A DNA stretch of 64,000 nt from NCBI RefSeq assembly GCF_964204865.1, contig NC_135252.1:12586001-12650000 (forward strand). Direction: 5' to 3'. The stretch comes from Styela clava. Its lineage: Eukaryota. Each line of letters opens with the position of its first letter. Position 1 is the first letter of the stretch. The notes under the pieces are model-generated. The model was given only the letters and a program-made list of their open reading frames with translations, did not search any database and was not told where the DNA came from. This document shows, in pieces, positions 58,109 to 64,000 of the stretch. The translations under genes and the position numbers were made by a program.

Positions 58109-60917
58109 CTAAAAATAAAATCATAATATACAAATTTTTTTAAGGTCAAAATGAGCACTGCCAGTTGGCCCCGACCAATTTAGGTTCCAATTTGCACAGT
58201 GGTTATTATACAATATTTTCGTAAAATTCAAATCAATTTAGAAGATGTTATATATGTGTATGGCCAGTCCAGAGAAAAAAAAACCAGACAAAAATTTCAA
58301 TTTCGAGTGCAATTTTACCAAATGCATTAGCACATACTTAAAATGCAGTGAAGCACAATTTTACTGGAGCGACTTAAAATCTGCGGGAAACGGCTAATCT
58401 AAAGTATGGGTTTGTCGCTTTAGGTACAAAAAAGAAGTGAACTCGAAATAATCCCAGTAAATAGGTGCTTCGAAGTTCAAAACAAAGGTCTTTGTGTTTA
58501 TGCCTGCCTATTATATTTCTTCACTAGTGGTGGTTAACAGCCATACACAAATATGCAAACACGTATTCATGAAAGACGCTTCTGGAAAATAACCTTATAT
58601 AATGACCTAACAAAAATTATATAAAACAAAAAGTGTGGATTTAGGTGAATGAACGACTGGGTGGAACTGATATTGTGACCAGCGACTAAACATAAGATAA
58701 AGTGGTAGCGCAGGTATGTTGCGTGTCATCTATGGCCATAACTCAACTGACAAACCTACTCGCAGCTTGATTGCCGTGAGAACTGAGGAATCAAAAAGCT
58801 ATAATTGCTGAAATATTTACACCATATCAAAAAATAATATATTCGTGGCCAATGATGTTTTGGTCTGTGCCACGCTCCGTTTGTGAATATCGGAAGAACT
58901 ATTTTCCTAACAAAATAAACCTCCCTTTCGTACTTCGTTAAATTTTGGCGACTCTGCAAAATATTATTCTCGATAATCATAACAAATCTTTTGGCACATG
59001 CGAAGTACTCCTGATTTCTGAAAACTTTAAGAGTGAATTAGGTATTCGTAACTTTGAAATCACCAAACGAGTCAGTTACCGGATTAAATAAAAGAAGTCA
59101 GCCGTGTTTTTATATACTGATCAATCGGGCAAATAATGAAGAATCCTGATTCTAAACTTGCACACACATGCTACACTTAAACACAGTGTTTTCAGAAAAA
59201 AAATATACAAAAGTTAGCATTTCGCCATCAGCTCAGATTTCAAGCTCGCAGGCTTCAAACTTAGCCTCAAGCTATGAAATTCGGCACCAAAAATGTTGCT
59301 GAATGAAATATGGTTTCGTAGATCGCAATTTGTCGTAATATTGCACCTCAAAAGTATCTAAAAACACGCATCGTTATTGGATACAATAAAAAGACATAAA
59401 AATTGACTTCAACGTGTAGGACGGATAAGCTGGAATAAAAGCTTGAAGCGACCCTTAACATGTCCGTAATTATTGCTCCGTAGCGCTATACCGTAACTAA
59501 GCAAGGCCAATTGGAATACAACCCAGTCGAGATAGCCAAGAGTTTATGCATATATTTCCTAAAAATGTTTTCTTAGATTTTATTTAAAATGTGTATTTAG
59601 CTGACATGTAGGCATAGCACTTTTATCTGCATGTCGTATTTGCGTGGTTTATAGTTGAATGTGAGAGCAGATAACAAAGGAAACGAATGATTGAGTGTGT
59701 GCAAAAATATCTTGCATCGTTACTATTGCAAGCATCGGCTGTAACATACTAAGTTAAGTGTATGTATATTTGAAATATCTGGAAAAATTTCCTTCCATTC
59801 TTGTAATTGAAATAGCTATGCTCCGATGCGTAACAGTACGTTGATTACGCAGCTCATATTGCTATTTATGTGCGGTAACAATCCTTTTCGATTGTTCGCT
59901 ACTGTCAGTTTTCCGCCATCTAAATCAATGCATTACGATTCAGCAATACGGCAACAAGTTTTCCCCACACTCGCTCTGTAACTGGGCTGAGGGCCGTGGT
60001 TAATCTTATTGACATTTCTCCTAACCTATGATACCGTATTGCCTATCTGACTTACCGAAGCTGCGAAGTTCAAGTTTGCGCGAATTACGTCCGGCCACAC
60101 AACAGAATCGCAATGAAATTCACAAGATTAACCAGACTTTACGTGATGATATAAAAAATTGAACGCACAATTGTATTTTGCATTCAAATCTCTTGCTTTT
60201 AGCATTTACGACGAGGTGAATCACAGCCTTAACTTAATCTCAGTCCCTTACCTTTCCTAAGCCCTCAAATACTGCAAAAAAAATCTGAATATAATTCTTA
60301 TCATTACTGCCGATACGGGCACTCTCAGAAATTGGAGTCGTTTTTATTATTCTCTGGCATTTAGGTTATATCCTTAAAACTACCGAATTCGAATCGGATT
60401 TAGAACACAATATGTCTAAAAGTGCCAGTCAAGAGATCCACAATTTCATTCATGCTAAAATTCGAAAGTTTATTACTATTTTGTTGGGTCCATGCTCCTA
60501 GGCCATTGCCTACGCCTTTAAAATTTCCTCCAAAGCCTCTTTAACTGCAACGCAAGTGGAAGTCATTCCACCACAAGGCGAGCAAGTTCCTTCCTCTCGG
60601 TGAATATCGGTCAAAACAAAATACACATATGAATTGATTTACTATTATTTATCATTCACAAAGCATCCATATTAGCAAGCAAACAACGAAATGATATTTT
60701 CCAGGCAAATATATTATGTATTGTATGATAAGCATGCATCATGGCCCAAAATGAGCCGTCAACGCAATAAGAGTCAGAAATCTAGTAGTTAAACCCACAA
60801 ATACACATAATTTGTTATATTAAATTTTATTCAGCTACTTTTTGCTTTGTGCAGACGTCACCATAGCACGTCACCTTCTCAATGAAACAAGCACAAAATA
60901 AGGTTGAGTGTCATATC

Positions 60918-63505
60918 CTATGGCGTTACGCGTTTTGGATCACGCGGGAAGAGCGATGACGAACGTATATTGTGGAGTCCAAGATACAACATAGTTACTC
61001 TTTCCATACCTAAAATAAAAACATGTAATAAAGACCAAAACTAGAATGCCAAAAAAGCATGCAGGAGCATACATGTATAATAACTAAGGTGAAGAAGTAT
61101 ATGATCGATATGCAGGCACAAGTCTTGGCATATTACAATGACAAAAAGCCAAATAGAACATAGTTTCCGTGTGTCTATAATATATAGTCATGTGTGTAAA
61201 CCTACTCATGTATCCACACTTTTAATTCTAGTGACAGCCAGAAAATATTTAGTTAAAAAAAATAAACATTTTACCTCAACCCTTCGAACAAGGCCTTATA
61301 GAATAGGATTTACATATTTATCCCAGGGGATAGGAAAGATGATAAGACGACTGGCACACCATGGCTCCTCATCTGCTTACCAGTCCATGTCGTGTATGGG
61401 CTTAGTTAGCCAGTTAACTGTTTCAGATGCATCTACTCATACATGCGACATTTAAGTTACAACATCAAAAATGGGTAATGCATTGTAATACGTTAAAAAT
61501 TGTCACTGTTTTCCCAATTAAGCACAGACTGTTCATTACACAGGATGAGTTGATTCCCAGACTGCCGTCTGATTTACCATTGGCCCATTTTAAAAAGGAG
61601 GATGGTAGATCTTACATAACTGGCAAACAGCGGTATTCTTCACCACATTAAAAATAAATAAACAGTGCACACACATAATGTGAAATGAACTATAATGAGG
61701 ACATAAACCAATACTGGATATAGAGAAGCAACACCTTCGAAATGACACAACCATAAAAAGCTGAACATTATATGCTAGAAAAAACCTGACAAATAAATAA
61801 CTTTAGGCAACTCTATATTTCTAGTACCAGTTGATATGCATAACCCTTGCTGCAAGTTGCAACTATAGAATATAATTTCAAGCACAAGTAAGAGAGAACC
61901 TACCTATTCCTCCTCCTCCATGGGGTGGACATCCATATCTGAATGAATCAATATAGGATTTAATTTGATTCAGATCAATTCCATGATGTTTGGCACGTTC
62001 AGTCAAAAACTCAGGATCATGAATTCTCTGGGCACCAGACAAGATTTCTTCTCCTCTCATAAACATATCATATGAATTCGACCATTTCTGAAAAATAGGT
62101 CGATAAAATATTATCCATTGTTAAATAACTATTGCCACTAATGAAATACATGGGATTACATCAGATTTTCATATTTATACCAGGGAAAGAAAAGGCAATA
62201 CCACGGCTTAGTCATATGGCTCATGGCCTCTAGTCCGGAGGATATGAGAATAGTTGGCCAGTTATTCATTTCAGATATGTGGATTTGATGGTGGAGAAAG
62301 TCGCAACTGACCAGTGAACCGACCACCTTACAATGACGAGCAATCCCCTTACACCAAATCAGAAATCTGCGGAGGATAAGCATAATGGCAAACATGTTCC
62401 GAGTGCTCAGTTTGAAATAGCAATGTAAAGAAAGAAACGGGCAGTGTTAACAACTATCACTAAAAACGGAGAAATACAATGTTAAAAATCATTGCAATTT
62501 ATTCTCGAATGTTGAGCTCAATTTAACACAGAATATACTCATTACTCACTGAATCCTTTGGATCAGGCATGGTGTAAAATGGTCTGACAGCAAGAGGAAA
62601 CTTATCTAGGATGTAGAAATCTGTATCATATTTCTCACGAACGAGACGTCCAAGTAATTTTTCATTGGGTGTTCTAAAAATTAAATATATTCAGAACATG
62701 TCGGATTTAGAGAATTTTGAAGGTCATCCACAACAAATTAGATACATATCCCGCAAATCAAGCCTTTTCTGGCTACCAGTACAGCCAGGTTTGAAAATAG
62801 CTGATAAGTATAATTAAATACATAAATACATGCTGGAGATAAAAAAAAATTGATATTACATGCTGAACATTATATAAACCACCTTACATATTTCAAGCAT
62901 TCTAATTAAACCTACCAGAATATTAAAAAGGAATCAAAGGTTAATGTGAAATAATACTTGTAAATGCAAACACATTCAAAGTGTGTCCTAAAGACTTTAG
63001 AAATGTAGTTTTCTATAGGAAGGATAAACTCATTTAGGTACATGAAAATGTGCCCTCTGGCAAATAGTAAGAGGATATCTATTATAGATACATAAGTTGT
63101 ATGTTTAGTCCGCACAGTTTGGAGTCAGCAACGTTCATGAAGGCTTCGATGTTTACAATTTATCTATTTTAAGATATACTTCTAACTCCAAACAGAACCA
63201 CTGTGGAACAAACATATAAAACCTGGCTTGGTTTTTTTAATTATGACAATTCTGATCATCAGGAACAAATTATAACTTATACAAATTGAGATAAATCCCT
63301 TGTCATTCTTATAAGATACATTCTAATAATAATAAACTAATAATAAATTAGTTCTCACGATAGATCTTCTTCTTCATCCATCTCCACACCGGCTTCTGCT
63401 AACATCTTGACACCTTCTTTATATTCTAATATTAAAGCTGGGTCAAGAAATTTGAAAGGCTCTGCTGGATATTGTTTACCAACAGTTGAAATTTCTGTCT
63501 GACAT
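60918..63505 (-). CDS. DARS1: Cytosolic aspartyl-tRNA synthetase, last four coding exons; gene begins beyond the window end
   Basis: Exons 63359-63505, 62550-62673, 61904-62087 and 60918-61009 encode [60 protein letters not shown], class II motif 3 [24 protein letters not shown] and [10 protein letters not shown]. Confidence 0.97.
61298..61430 (-). mobile_element. SINE 3' part in a DARS1 intron
   Basis: Reverse complement aligns with 39863-40011, including gggataaatatgtaaatcctat. Confidence 0.85.
62152..62410 (-). mobile_element. Diverged SINE copy in a DARS1 intron
   Basis: attttcatatttataccaggg...gccagttatt...tttgatggtggag...tgaccag is colinear with 8092-8395. Confidence 0.65.
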
Positions 63506-64000
63506 CTGATAATATAAAAAATTTAGAAAAAAGTCACAGAAATTATAATGAATATAGAACCAGAAATGGGAAAAGTTTTGTCAAAAATAAGTTTCAATAT
63601 TTTGAGAAAACTTGTTTCACAGTCAGAGTACTTAAATTTAATCTAGTCATTGTGGTCTCATAATCACGCTGAGGGCATAGTTTGAGGAACCCTGGACTAG
63701 AACATGAAAGCGATTTGTATTCACATTTGAGCTTGCGTAAATCGATGGAACAGAAAACCAAGATGATCGTCTGGGAAAACTATGTGGTAGTCGGATAATT
63801 TTCAAATTGAGGGTATATTAGAATTGTTTGTGATGATTGCAATTGTAGGTATAAAAAAATTTGAAAATCAATCCTGGGAAAAATATAATATTTGGACTCA
63901 TTCTATGCTCTAGCAAGTATGGTACTGGCATTCATTATCACAAGCTCACAGGCTTGAAGCTCGATTAGAGAGTATACCATGGTGATTTTTCACTGATATT

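Noticed and set aside
59248-59260. GCAGGCTTCAAAC resembling the tRNA-Sec anticodon arm
   Set aside because: The flanks form no cloverleaf, and a similar string at ~63941-63961 suggests a dispersed repeat.

Overview
AT-rich, intron-containing animal genomic DNA, not prokaryotic. It is most likely an ascidian (tunicate); this is inferred from gene structure, repeat content and the compact intronless gene cluster. Six genes lie in tandem, all on the minus strand. In transcription order they are: the 3' end of cytosolic aspartyl-tRNA synthetase (DARS1); a 29-coding-exon Gli/Ci Hedgehog transcription factor (~1779 aa, reconstructed by hand with consistent splice phases); three consecutive genes with intronless CDSs (AAMP, ACMSD, RBBP4/7); and the 5' part of TIMELESS (timeout type). 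Introns carry many MITEs (hAT, Tc1/mariner, Mutator-like) and a tRNA-derived SINE family. Main points of interest: (1) AAMP-ACMSD-RBBP4-TIMELESS looks like an SL trans-spliced operon, with an AATAAA-to-acceptor junction between AAMP and ACMSD; (2) CpG decay in repeat copies suggests methylated housekeeping gene bodies versus an unmethylated Gli locus; (3) DARS1, GLI, ACMSD, AAMP and TIMELESS map to the same human paralogon; (4) Gli has candidate alternative N-termini, a uORF, an intronic GLI site and a canonical DSGxxS degron. Most short ORFs in the track are exon fragments or noise.
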